Assembly (NCBI GenBank): GCA_039630575.1
Contig: JBCNUW010000017.1
Coordinates: 1-43,020, forward strand
Source: Candidatus Hydrothermales bacterium
Lineage (GTDB): Bacteria; Hydrothermota; Hydrothermia; Hydrothermales; JAJRUZ01
Length of the DNA: 43,020 bases
Direction of reading: 5' to 3'
Within the stretch, counting starts at the first letter, position 1. Every line of letters begins with the position of its first letter. Below, piece after piece: positions 22,488 to 31,046 of this stretch. The notes under the pieces were generated by a model that was not told the DNA's origin, did not search any database, and saw only the letters and a program-made list of their open reading frames with translations. The position numbers and the translations under genes were made by a program.

Positions 22488-24032
22488 ATGGAAGAAAATA
22501 AATTAGAAATTGAAATTAAAAACAAAATAAAAACTCTTTTCACAGGAACATTAATAAATATAATAGGTGAAGGAACAAAAAGATTAAGCGGTTATCTTTA
22601 TCAGATTTTGATAATCAAACTTCTTGAGTTAAAAATTTACGGAATTTATACAATATGCTACACACTTATAAACATTGTACTAAGATTTTCTCAACTGGGA
22701 CTTGAAAGGGGTGGAATAAGGTACATATCAATCTTAAGGGAAGAAAACTATATATATAATATCAAAAAATTAACTTATTTTTTATTTTTTCTATCCTTTA
22801 TATCTGGAATTTTTTGGGGAACCCTTACAAATATATTTTCAGGAGTACTATCCAATTTATATAAAAAACAGGAAATCAAAGAAGGACTCTTTTATTTTTC
22901 TCTAACCCTTCCATTTTATACCTCATTACTTGTTTTAGCCTATAGTTCAAGAGGATTTAAGAAGATGCTTTACTATGTTTTAAGTGAAAACATTTCTCGA
23001 CCTATTTTACAAATTGTTTTTCTATTTTTACTTTTTTATTTTTTTGGTAAAAAAATTTTTGTCTCAATTTTACCATGGTTATTTTCATCGATCATTTCGC
23101 TTTTACTAATACTATATTTCTTTAAAAAAGAGATAAACACAAAAAAGAAGGAACCTATCCAAAAAGACCTATTTAAAGAAGTTGTAATTTTTTCATATCC
23201 AATAGTTTTTATTTCAATACTTTATTTTCTATTCGCCTGGACAGACATTATAGTAATGGGCATATTTAGAAGTTCTGAGGAAGTAGGAATTTATAATGCT
23301 GTTGCAAGAACAGCAGAAATGGCTAATGTACTTCTTTTAGCAATAAATGAAGTTTTTGCCCCTTTTATTTCTACTCTGAGTTACAAAAGAGATTACGAAT
23401 CTCTTAAAACTTTATATCAAACAATTATAAGATGGACACTCCATTTTTCCTTACCCCTTTTTATCTTTTTTTTCTTTTCTGGAAAAGATTTTTTATTAAT
23501 TGTCTTTGGAAATGAATTTATACAAGGTTATATTCCTATGTTGATTTTGCTGTTTGGTCTTTTATACCAAAATCTTTTAGGAGAAAGCCCCATGACTTTA
23601 ACTATGAGTGGTTTTCAGAAAGAGTGGGCAGTTACAACATTTTTTGGTCTTATAATAAACATTTTACTTGCAGTTACTTTAATACCTAAATTCGGAATTT
23701 TAGGTGCTTCAATCTCTACCTCACTTTCTTTAATAATACTAAGGACATTGGGACTTTTTGAAATTAAAAAATTTATGAAATTCAAAACTCATAATCTCAA
23801 AACTTTTAAACCCTTAGCACAGGGAATTTGTACTTTTGCCTTAATTTTTTTGATAAATCTTTTCTTTCTTGAATTTCTAAATAATAAAATTATTAACCTT
23901 TTAGGTAATTTTTTGATTTCTTATTTAATTTATTTCCTCTTATTTTTAATTTTTGGAATTGAAAGAGAGGAAAAAATAATAATTGATAGCTTAATAGAGC
24001 TTCTCAAGGGAAAATATAAGGTCCTTAAGTAA
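22488..24032 (+). CDS. Wzx-type oligosaccharide flippase (MOP superfamily)
   Basis: Highly hydrophobic multi-TM protein; WTDIIVMGIF..EEVGIYNAV and LIPKFGILGASIST. Confidence 0.9.
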   Translation: MEENKLEIEIKNKIKTLFTGTLINIIGEGTKRLSGYLYQILIIKLLELKIYGIYTICYTLINIVLRFSQLGLERGGIRYISILREENYIYNIKKLTYFLFFLSFISGIFWGTLTNIFSGVLSNLYKKQEIKEGLFYFSLTLPFYTSLLVLAYSSRGFKKMLYYVLSENISRPILQIVFLFLLFYFFGKKIFVSILPWLFSSIISLLLILYFFKKEINTKKKEPIQKDLFKEVVIFSYPIVFISILYFLFAWTDIIVMGIFRSSEEVGIYNAVARTAEMANVLLLAINEVFAPFISTLSYKRDYESLKTLYQTIIRWTLHFSLPLFIFFFFSGKDFLLIVFGNEFIQGYIPMLILLFGLLYQNLLGESPMTLTMSGFQKEWAVTTFFGLIINILLAVTLIPKFGILGASISTSLSLIILRTLGLFEIKKFMKFKTHNLKTFKPLAQGICTFALIFLINLFFLEFLNNKIINLLGNFLISYLIYFLLFLIFGIEREEKIIIDSLIELLKGKYKVLK

Positions 24033-24980
24033 TTTTAAGTTTTCACTCCATTTTAAAATATATTCTCTTTTTAGTTTTCTAATCTCGTCAGAGTAATAAG
24101 AATAATTTAAATTCAACTTTTTTATTCCCTTTATTATAGAATCACATTTATTTTCTACATACAATGCAGCACTTTTAAAAAAATTTTTTAAAGCCACTTT
24201 ATTTGAAACAATAACTGGCTTTTCAAAAATTAAACCCTCAAGAGAAGAACATGTTAATGTATAGTCCCAATCAGTTAGAGAGATAACAGCTCTTGAATTT
24301 TTTAAAACACTATAATAATCACTCTGAGATAAATAACCAGTAAATATCAAATTTTTAGGTATTTTTTTATGGGTGCTTTTAACATTACCGGTTATAACAA
24401 AATTAAAATCACTCAGTAAACTTGAAATTTTTATAATTTCCTCGATTGGTTCATCAGAATCTCCAGAAGCTGGAAAGACAAAATAATCCTTTTCTTTTAT
24501 AACTTTATTGAAACCCAAGGAAAAATCTTCAAAAGTTATTGGAGGATCATTTAAAACAAAAAGATTTTTCTCTTTTTTAAAATGAATCTTTTCTTTTATA
24601 GTTTCTTCATGAAGAATAATAACATCTGAATTAATCAAAATTAAATTTGTAAGAGGTTTTAAAAAAGACCACTTTTTGGACACTATGGGACCTGAATGTA
24701 GATCTACTATGTAAGGTTTCTTGAATAAAAGTTTATAGATATATCCCAAAATACCAATAAAGGGTGTACAGAATTCAATTGCAACAATTTTTGGTCTTTT
24801 TTTTAGTAGGAAATAAAATGAAACAATGAGTTGGATTGGATATTTTAGTAAAGCAAAAAGGGGTCTTCTTGGAAAAAGAGAGAAGCGGAAAACTTTAAAA
24901 TCAATATACTTTGCCAGAGAGTCCGTTCTTCTTGAAGCACCATGGGTCCAAGAAATGAATATTTTATCTTTACTTTCCAT
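23991..24980 (-). CDS. GT-B/GT4-like glycosyltransferase
   Basis: VDLHS, IFTGYL, SLEGLIFEKPVIVSN; lies next to the flippase. Confidence 0.75.
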   Translation of the reverse strand: MESKDKIFISWTHGASRRTDSLAKYIDFKVFRFSLFPRRPLFALLKYPIQLIVSFYFLLKKRPKIVAIEFCTPFIGILGYIYKLLFKKPYIVDLHSGPIVSKKWSFLKPLTNLILINSDVIILHEETIKEKIHFKKEKNLFVLNDPPITFEDFSLGFNKVIKEKDYFVFPASGDSDEPIEEIIKISSLLSDFNFVITGNVKSTHKKIPKNLIFTGYLSQSDYYSVLKNSRAVISLTDWDYTLTCSSLEGLIFEKPVIVSNKVALKNFFKSAALYVENKCDSIIKGIKKLNLNYSYYSDEIRKLKREYILKWSENLKLLKDLIFSLEKLY

Positions 24981-24983
24981 AAG

Positions 24984-24995
24984 TTATAATTATAA
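24984..24995. promoter_or_regulatory. Palindromic bidirectional -10 element between divergent glycosyltransferase genes
   Basis: Perfect palindrome TTATAATTATAA with TATAAT on both strands, inside a 24-bp intergenic gap. Confidence 0.55.
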
Positions 24996-25004
24996 ATTAA
25001 AAAA

Positions 25005-26105
25005 ATGAGAATTGGAATAAGCGGACTTTCGATTCATGGGCAAAGTAAAAGGGGTGGACTCTGGGAATATTTTAAAGCTCTCATAAAAATCCTTTCTAAA
25101 GTAATTGATAAAGAAGAAGTATTTGTATTTATTCCTAAAGATCTAAATGAAGAGTTTTGTACATTTAATCATAAAAAAATAAACTTTGTAGAAATTAAAA
25201 CAATAAAGAAAGGGATCCATTATTTAGAAATTTTCATTTTACCCTTTTTTCTAAGGAAATATAAAGTAAAGTTAGTGCATTTTCCTAATTATGCATTTCC
25301 ACTTAACCAAAATATTCCATATTTAGTTACTGTCCACGATCTTGCTTTTTTAAAAATAAAAGAAAACTATAAAAAAAGAGACCTCCTTTATTGGAATACT
25401 ATATTTAGAGCCGCTATTAAAAATGCAAAGGTATTAATAGCAGTTTCTAAAAATACAAAAAGAGACTTAAATTACTTTTGGAAAATACCTTTAAAGAAGA
25501 TAAAAGTGATACCTTCTTTTTCAAGCATAATATTAGAGGATAAGGAGGAGGAAAGCAAAACTTTAGATTTCCCCTACTTCCTCTTTGTAGGTACACTTGA
25601 ACCAAGAAAAAATGTTGAGAGAGTAATAGATGCCTTCATAAGGGCATCCTATAAAATAAAAGAAGATGTTAAATTAGTATTAATTGGACAAAGAGGGGTT
25701 AAATCAGAAAATATTTTTAAAAAAATAGAGGAAAATAAAGAAAAAATAGTTTGGTTAAGTAACGTAAAAAGTAAAGAGTTGCCAAGTTTTTATAAAAAAG
25801 CAATTGCACTTATATATCCATCACTTTACGAGGGTTTTGGACTTCCAGCTCTTGAGTCTTTCAAATTCAATGTACCTCTTATAACTTCTAACATTTCATC
25901 ACTACCAGAGGTTGCCTCTAAAGGCTCAATACTTGTGAATCCTTATTGTGTTAATGAGATTGAAAAAGCAATATGCGATATTTATTATGATAACAATTTA
26001 AGAGAAAAGATTTTAAAAGAACAAAAGGAGATAATTAAAGACTATACTCCAGAAAAATTAGGTGAAAAGATTCTTAAAGTCTATAAGAATTTACTCACTC
26101 TTTAA
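25005..26105 (+). CDS. GT4 glycosyltransferase (MtfB-like)
   Basis: VTVHDL, FVGTLEPRKN, YPSLYEGFGLPALE, SSLPEVA. Confidence 0.92.
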   Translation: MRIGISGLSIHGQSKRGGLWEYFKALIKILSKVIDKEEVFVFIPKDLNEEFCTFNHKKINFVEIKTIKKGIHYLEIFILPFFLRKYKVKLVHFPNYAFPLNQNIPYLVTVHDLAFLKIKENYKKRDLLYWNTIFRAAIKNAKVLIAVSKNTKRDLNYFWKIPLKKIKVIPSFSSIILEDKEEESKTLDFPYFLFVGTLEPRKNVERVIDAFIRASYKIKEDVKLVLIGQRGVKSENIFKKIEENKEKIVWLSNVKSKELPSFYKKAIALIYPSLYEGFGLPALESFKFNVPLITSNISSLPEVASKGSILVNPYCVNEIEKAICDIYYDNNLREKILKEQKEIIKDYTPEKLGEKILKVYKNLLTL

Positions 26106-26750
26106 AACTTCAAAAATCCTTTTTAAGTATTCTCTTAAAGGAATGGCTCCTTCAATAAAGGTCTTATTATTTATGATGGTTTTTGGAACACCCATTACTT
26201 CGTAAATTTCTCCGAGTTCCGGAAATTCAGAAACCTCTATCATATCTCCCCTTATTCTCTCACTTTCATAGGCAAACTTATGGGATAAAACAACCATCTG
26301 CGGACAATATGGGCAAGAAGGTGTCACAAAAACCTGTAGGTGAACATCCTTATCTATCTCTTTTAATTTTTCCTTTACATCTTCACTTAAACCTGACTCC
26401 CCTTTAGAAACCATGACTATTGCCTCTAAAAGAGAGGCAAACTCATAACCAGCTGGTATACCAAAGAACCTTATTTTTCTGTCTATATCGTCCTTATCAA
26501 GTATTACAATAGCCGGTACCTTGTCAATATTATATTTTTCTACCTCTTTTTTATCAATAGCAAAATTCTTGATTGAAATCTCTATCTTCCCATCAGAAAG
26601 TTCGGCTATCTCCTTCAGTAGTTCCTCTGTCTCATGACAAAATCTGCAATTTATTCTTTGAGAAAAAACAAGTAGTTTAACTTTATCCCTAAGGTTTTTA
26701 CTAAAATATTTTTTTACCTCAATTTTATCTTCTTCTCTTAAAATTCCCAT
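26091..26750 (-). CDS. Protein disulfide oxidoreductase (two thioredoxin folds, AhpF-N-like)
   Basis: CRFC and CPYC motifs, GIPAGYEF, VMGVP, FIEGA. Confidence 0.92.
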   Translation of the reverse strand: MGILREEDKIEVKKYFSKNLRDKVKLLVFSQRINCRFCHETEELLKEIAELSDGKIEISIKNFAIDKKEVEKYNIDKVPAIVILDKDDIDRKIRFFGIPAGYEFASLLEAIVMVSKGESGLSEDVKEKLKEIDKDVHLQVFVTPSCPYCPQMVVLSHKFAYESERIRGDMIEVSEFPELGEIYEVMGVPKTIINNKTFIEGAIPLREYLKRIFEVLKSE

Positions 26751-26880
26751 TTTAAATTAATCCTTTGGTAAGGGATAGAACCTTCAAAAAAAGAAAATAT
26801 AAGTATAAATACAACTTTTATAGAGTTTTTTCAAGTCTATTAAATTGTAATTTTTTTCTATTTTTTCTTATTCTATATAA

Positions 26881-27159
26881 ATGAGAAAAAGAGTTCATCT
26901 TCTAATATCTGGAAAGGTTCAAGGTGTTTTTTTTAGGGCTTTTACAAAAGAAAGAGCTGATTTCTATGGGATAAAAGGATGGGTAAAAAATCTAAGGGAC
27001 GGAAAAGTTGAAGCTGTTGGAGAAGGGGAAGAAGAATTACTCAAGGAATGGATAAAAGACCTCTGGAAAGGACCTGAACTTGCCCATGTAAAGGAAGTAA
27101 AAGAAGAATGGTCTTCAGAGCTTGAAAACTTCACTGACTTTGAAATACGATATTTTTAA
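26881..27159 (+). CDS. acyP: Acylphosphatase
   Basis: GKVQGVFFR, GWVKNLRDGKVE, KGP. Confidence 0.95.
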   Translation: MRKRVHLLISGKVQGVFFRAFTKERADFYGIKGWVKNLRDGKVEAVGEGEEELLKEWIKDLWKGPELAHVKEVKEEWSSELENFTDFEIRYF

Positions 27160-27168
27160 ACCCTCTAA

Positions 27169-29982
27169 ATGAGGGTCTATAAATATTTCATAAAGGAAAT
27201 TTTTTATGATAACACCAAAGAATATAAAGAAATTGCGGAAGAACTTGGATTAAAAAATTTGGAAGATATTGAAGAATATAAAATTCTTTGGATAAAAAGC
27301 TCTGAGGAAAAGGAATTAGTTGAAAAAGTTTTAAAAGAATGGATAATTGATGAAAATGAGGAAAAAATTATAAATCTTGAAGAAAGTGAGAATTCCTATG
27401 AAGTTACCTACCACTTTGGTGTAAAGGATCCAGAAGCAGAACAAATAGAAAAAATATTTTGTGAAAAAGGAATAAGTGTTAAAGTTAAAAGAGGTAAAAG
27501 ATTCATTATAAAAGGAAATTTAAATAAAAAAGAAATTGATTACTTTGCAAAAAAAGCACTTTACAATAAAACTATAGAACTTTTCTCCAAAGTAATTGAA
27601 AACCCTTTTATTGAAATAGGTGAAATTGAACCTGAAATTGAATTTGTAAAATTCAGAGATGTAAGTGTAAAGGAGCTATTAAAGCTCTCCAAAGAAAAAC
27701 ATTTTTACTTACTCAAAGATGAACTTTTAGTAATTAGAGATTATTATAGAAAAATTGGGAGAGAACCAACTTTAATTGAACTTGAAACTTTTGCACAGAT
27801 GTGGTCAGAGCATTGTGTTCATAAGACCTTTAAAGGAGAGATAATCTATGGTGATAGAAAAATAAAATTATTAGAGAAAATAAAAAAAGTTTCAGAAAAA
27901 AACCAAAAAAAATTTTGTCAAGTTCTTTTTAAGGACAATGCAGGTATATTTAAATTTTATAAAAACTTTTCTGTTGCCGTAAAAGTTGAGACTCATAATC
28001 ACCCCTCTGCTCTTGAACCTTATGGAGGAAGCTCAACGGGTATAGGAGGAGTAATAAGAGATATTCTCGGAGCAGGTCTTGGAGCTAAACCTATAGCAAA
28101 CTTAGATATTTTCTGTGTAGGGGAATTAGGTATAAAACACAAAGATTTACCTGAAGGTGTTTTACATCCAAAGAGAATTTTGAAGGGAGTTGTTAAGGGT
28201 GTAGAAGACTATGGAAACAGAATGGGCATTCCAACAGTATCTGGTGCAGTTATATATGAAAGAGAATACCTTACAAATCCCCTTGTTTTTTGTGGAACAA
28301 TAGGAGTTATACCCTCGAGATTTGTAAAAAAGAAGGTAAAACCAGGAAATTTGATAGTATTAGTTGGAGGAAAAACTGGAAAGGATGGGATTCATGGTGC
28401 CACTTTCTCCTCAACTCAACTATCAAAGGGTTCACAAGAGATTCATCTTTCAGCTGTTCAAATAGGAGATCCTATAACAGAAAAGAAACTTCAAGATGCT
28501 ATTATTGAAGCAAGAGATAAAAAGCTTTTTAATTTCATAACAGATGTCGGTGGTGGTGGAATTTCATCTGCTATAACAGAAAACACATATCCATTCGGAG
28601 CCGAAGTTTACCTTGATAAAGTCTTATTAAAATATAAAGGACTTACACCAAGAGAGATCTGGATATCTGAGTCACAGGAAAGAATGGTAATTTTTACTGA
28701 AAATAAAAACATTAAGAAACTAAAAGAAATTTTTGAAAAACACGATGTAGATTTAACTGTTATAGGCAGAGTAAAAAGAGACGGAATCTTAAAACTAATA
28801 TATAGTGACAAAGTTCATGGAGAAATTGATATTAAATTCATACATGAAAAAAGACCAAAAATAAAAAGGAGGATAAAAGAGTTTAAAGTAAAAGAGAAAG
28901 AATATATACCTAAAGAATTAAGTTTAGAAGAACTAAAAGAAACTTTTTTAAAAATACTTAGTAATCCAAATATAAGATCAAAGAATGAAATAGTAAAAAG
29001 ATATGACCATGAAGTTCAAGGAAAAACCTTTCAGAAGCCCTACGAGGGTTATGTATTTAAATCACCTTCTGATTGTTCAGTAATCAAACCTATCAGAGAA
29101 TCAAAAAAAGCTTTAGCTTTAACAGTTGGAATTTTACCTTCCTTTTCAAGAATTTCACCTTACCACTCTGCCATGAATGCTGTGGATGAGGTGATAAGAA
29201 GCTTAATAAGTAGGGGAACAAATCCAGATAAAATTGTATTACTTGATAATTTTTGTTTTGCAAACCCTGAGGATAAAAAAGTTTTGGCTGAGATAGTAGA
29301 ATCAGTATTAGGAGCTGTTAAAGGTGCAGATGGTTATAAAGTTCCATTTATTTCTGGAAAAGATTCTCTTTATAACGAATTTAAATATAAAAACAAAAGA
29401 TTTAAAATTTTACCTACAACACTAATAACAGGAATAGGAATTATTGAGGATGAAAGATACATCCCATCTTCTTTCTTTAGAGAAGAAGGTAGTCCTGTTT
29501 ATTTGTTGGGAAAAACTGATATAAAAGAAATTGGGGGAAGTGAGTTTTTGAAACTAAGAGGTATTTTTAAAAAAGGGATAGTTCCAAAGGTAAAACCTAA
29601 TGAGTTTATAAAAGTTTACAGAAACTTATATAAATCTATAAAGAAAGGGGTAATTTTATCTACCCATGATGTAAGTCAAGGTGGAGTATTTGTAGCAATT
29701 TGTGAAATGTGTTTTGCTATGCAAAGGGGTATAACTATAAATATTGAAAGTATCAAAAGACCTGATCTTTTTTTGTTTTCAGAATCAGCAGGCAGAATAA
29801 TAGTAGAAATAAAAAGAGAAAGGGAAAAAGAATTTCTACTTTTAAATAAAGATTCACCAATGTTTAAACTTGGATATGTTGAAAACAACAGAGCAATTAG
29901 AATAATTACAAAAAAGGGTAAAATTGAGTTAGATATAGAAAAAGCCTATAAAGAATATACAAAATCTCCCTTTTTACCTTGA
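27169..29982 (+). CDS. purL: Phosphoribosylformylglycinamidine synthase PurL with N-terminal PurS-like extension, no glutaminase domain
   Basis: WSEHCVHK, KVETHNHPS, GGVIRD, DGIHGA, SESQERM, YDHEVQG, SGKDSLYN, HDVSQGG, LFSES. Confidence 0.95.
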   Translation: MRVYKYFIKEIFYDNTKEYKEIAEELGLKNLEDIEEYKILWIKSSEEKELVEKVLKEWIIDENEEKIINLEESENSYEVTYHFGVKDPEAEQIEKIFCEKGISVKVKRGKRFIIKGNLNKKEIDYFAKKALYNKTIELFSKVIENPFIEIGEIEPEIEFVKFRDVSVKELLKLSKEKHFYLLKDELLVIRDYYRKIGREPTLIELETFAQMWSEHCVHKTFKGEIIYGDRKIKLLEKIKKVSEKNQKKFCQVLFKDNAGIFKFYKNFSVAVKVETHNHPSALEPYGGSSTGIGGVIRDILGAGLGAKPIANLDIFCVGELGIKHKDLPEGVLHPKRILKGVVKGVEDYGNRMGIPTVSGAVIYEREYLTNPLVFCGTIGVIPSRFVKKKVKPGNLIVLVGGKTGKDGIHGATFSSTQLSKGSQEIHLSAVQIGDPITEKKLQDAIIEARDKKLFNFITDVGGGGISSAITENTYPFGAEVYLDKVLLKYKGLTPREIWISESQERMVIFTENKNIKKLKEIFEKHDVDLTVIGRVKRDGILKLIYSDKVHGEIDIKFIHEKRPKIKRRIKEFKVKEKEYIPKELSLEELKETFLKILSNPNIRSKNEIVKRYDHEVQGKTFQKPYEGYVFKSPSDCSVIKPIRESKKALALTVGILPSFSRISPYHSAMNAVDEVIRSLISRGTNPDKIVLLDNFCFANPEDKKVLAEIVESVLGAVKGADGYKVPFISGKDSLYNEFKYKNKRFKILPTTLITGIGIIEDERYIPSSFFREEGSPVYLLGKTDIKEIGGSEFLKLRGIFKKGIVPKVKPNEFIKVYRNLYKSIKKGVILSTHDVSQGGVFVAICEMCFAMQRGITINIESIKRPDLFLFSESAGRIIVEIKREREKEFLLLNKDSPMFKLGYVENNRAIRIITKKGKIELDIEKAYKEYTKSPFLP

Positions 29983-31046
29983 AAAAAACTGCCTTAGTTT
30001 TATCCGATGCGTCAAGTACCCATACTTGGACATGGATAAAAGGTTACAATTATCTCGGTTTTAAAGTATACCTTTTATCTTTTGAAGAACCAATATACTC
30101 AAATATACCTTTGGAAGACTTTATAAAAATAAATTCAAAATTTAAACCATCTATAAAACGTTACCTTTTTGGGTTAAGTAAAGTAAAAAGTTATATTCAG
30201 AAGATAAGTCCTGATATAATTTTTGCTCATTTTATTCCAAATTATGGACTTTTATCATATCTTCAGGGTCAAAAGCCATTTGTTCTTTTTTGTTGGGGGA
30301 CAGACCTTATAAAGGTAAGTTTTAAATCAATTTTTCATAAGATAATTTCAAAAAGAATATTTAATGCCGCAAGACTAATAGTTGTAGATGCAAAATTCAT
30401 GAAAGAAATCATCGAAGCGAAATTCAAAATAGAATCCAAAAAAATTATAATTTTACCATTTGGTATTGAAAAAAATATAAGAGATAAAGGGGCAAATGTA
30501 AAAAAAGAGAATGAAAAAATAATACTATTTACAAACAGAAAACTTGAAAAAATTTACAATCCCTTTATAATTATAGATGGATTATCTAAAGTCAATTTTG
30601 AGAATTATAAATTAATATGGATAGCAAAAGGTTCTCTTGAGAAAAAGGTTAAGGAAATGGTATATCAAAAGGGAATTTTTGATAAAGTTGAATTTTTTGG
30701 TTTCCAGGAAAGAGAAAATCTTTACAAATTACTTATAAAATCTGACATATATTTGTCCTCATCGTTATACGATGGAACAAGTGTCTCTCTTTTAGAAGCA
30801 ATGAACTTTGGTGTTTTTCCGATTGTTTCTGATATTCTTGGAAACAGAGAATGGATTTTGGATGGAGTAAACGGATTTCTTTTTGATCCACTTAATTCAG
30901 ATGAATTGAGTTTCAAAATACAAGAAGCTATAAAAAATAAAATTTTGAGAGAAAGAGCAATTGAAATTAATAGGAAAATAATAGAAACAAAGGCAAATTG
31001 GGAAGAAAACTTAAAAAGGTTTTATGAAAAAATAAAAGATATATGA
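29979..31046 (+). CDS. GT4 glycosyltransferase
   Basis: STHTWTW, WGTDL, DGTSVSLLEAM, NGFLF; TTG start overlapping the purL stop. Confidence 0.9.
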   Translation: MKKTALVLSDASSTHTWTWIKGYNYLGFKVYLLSFEEPIYSNIPLEDFIKINSKFKPSIKRYLFGLSKVKSYIQKISPDIIFAHFIPNYGLLSYLQGQKPFVLFCWGTDLIKVSFKSIFHKIISKRIFNAARLIVVDAKFMKEIIEAKFKIESKKIIILPFGIEKNIRDKGANVKKENEKIILFTNRKLEKIYNPFIIIDGLSKVNFENYKLIWIAKGSLEKKVKEMVYQKGIFDKVEFFGFQERENLYKLLIKSDIYLSSSLYDGTSVSLLEAMNFGVFPIVSDILGNREWILDGVNGFLFDPLNSDELSFKIQEAIKNKILRERAIEINRKIIETKANWEENLKRFYEKIKDI

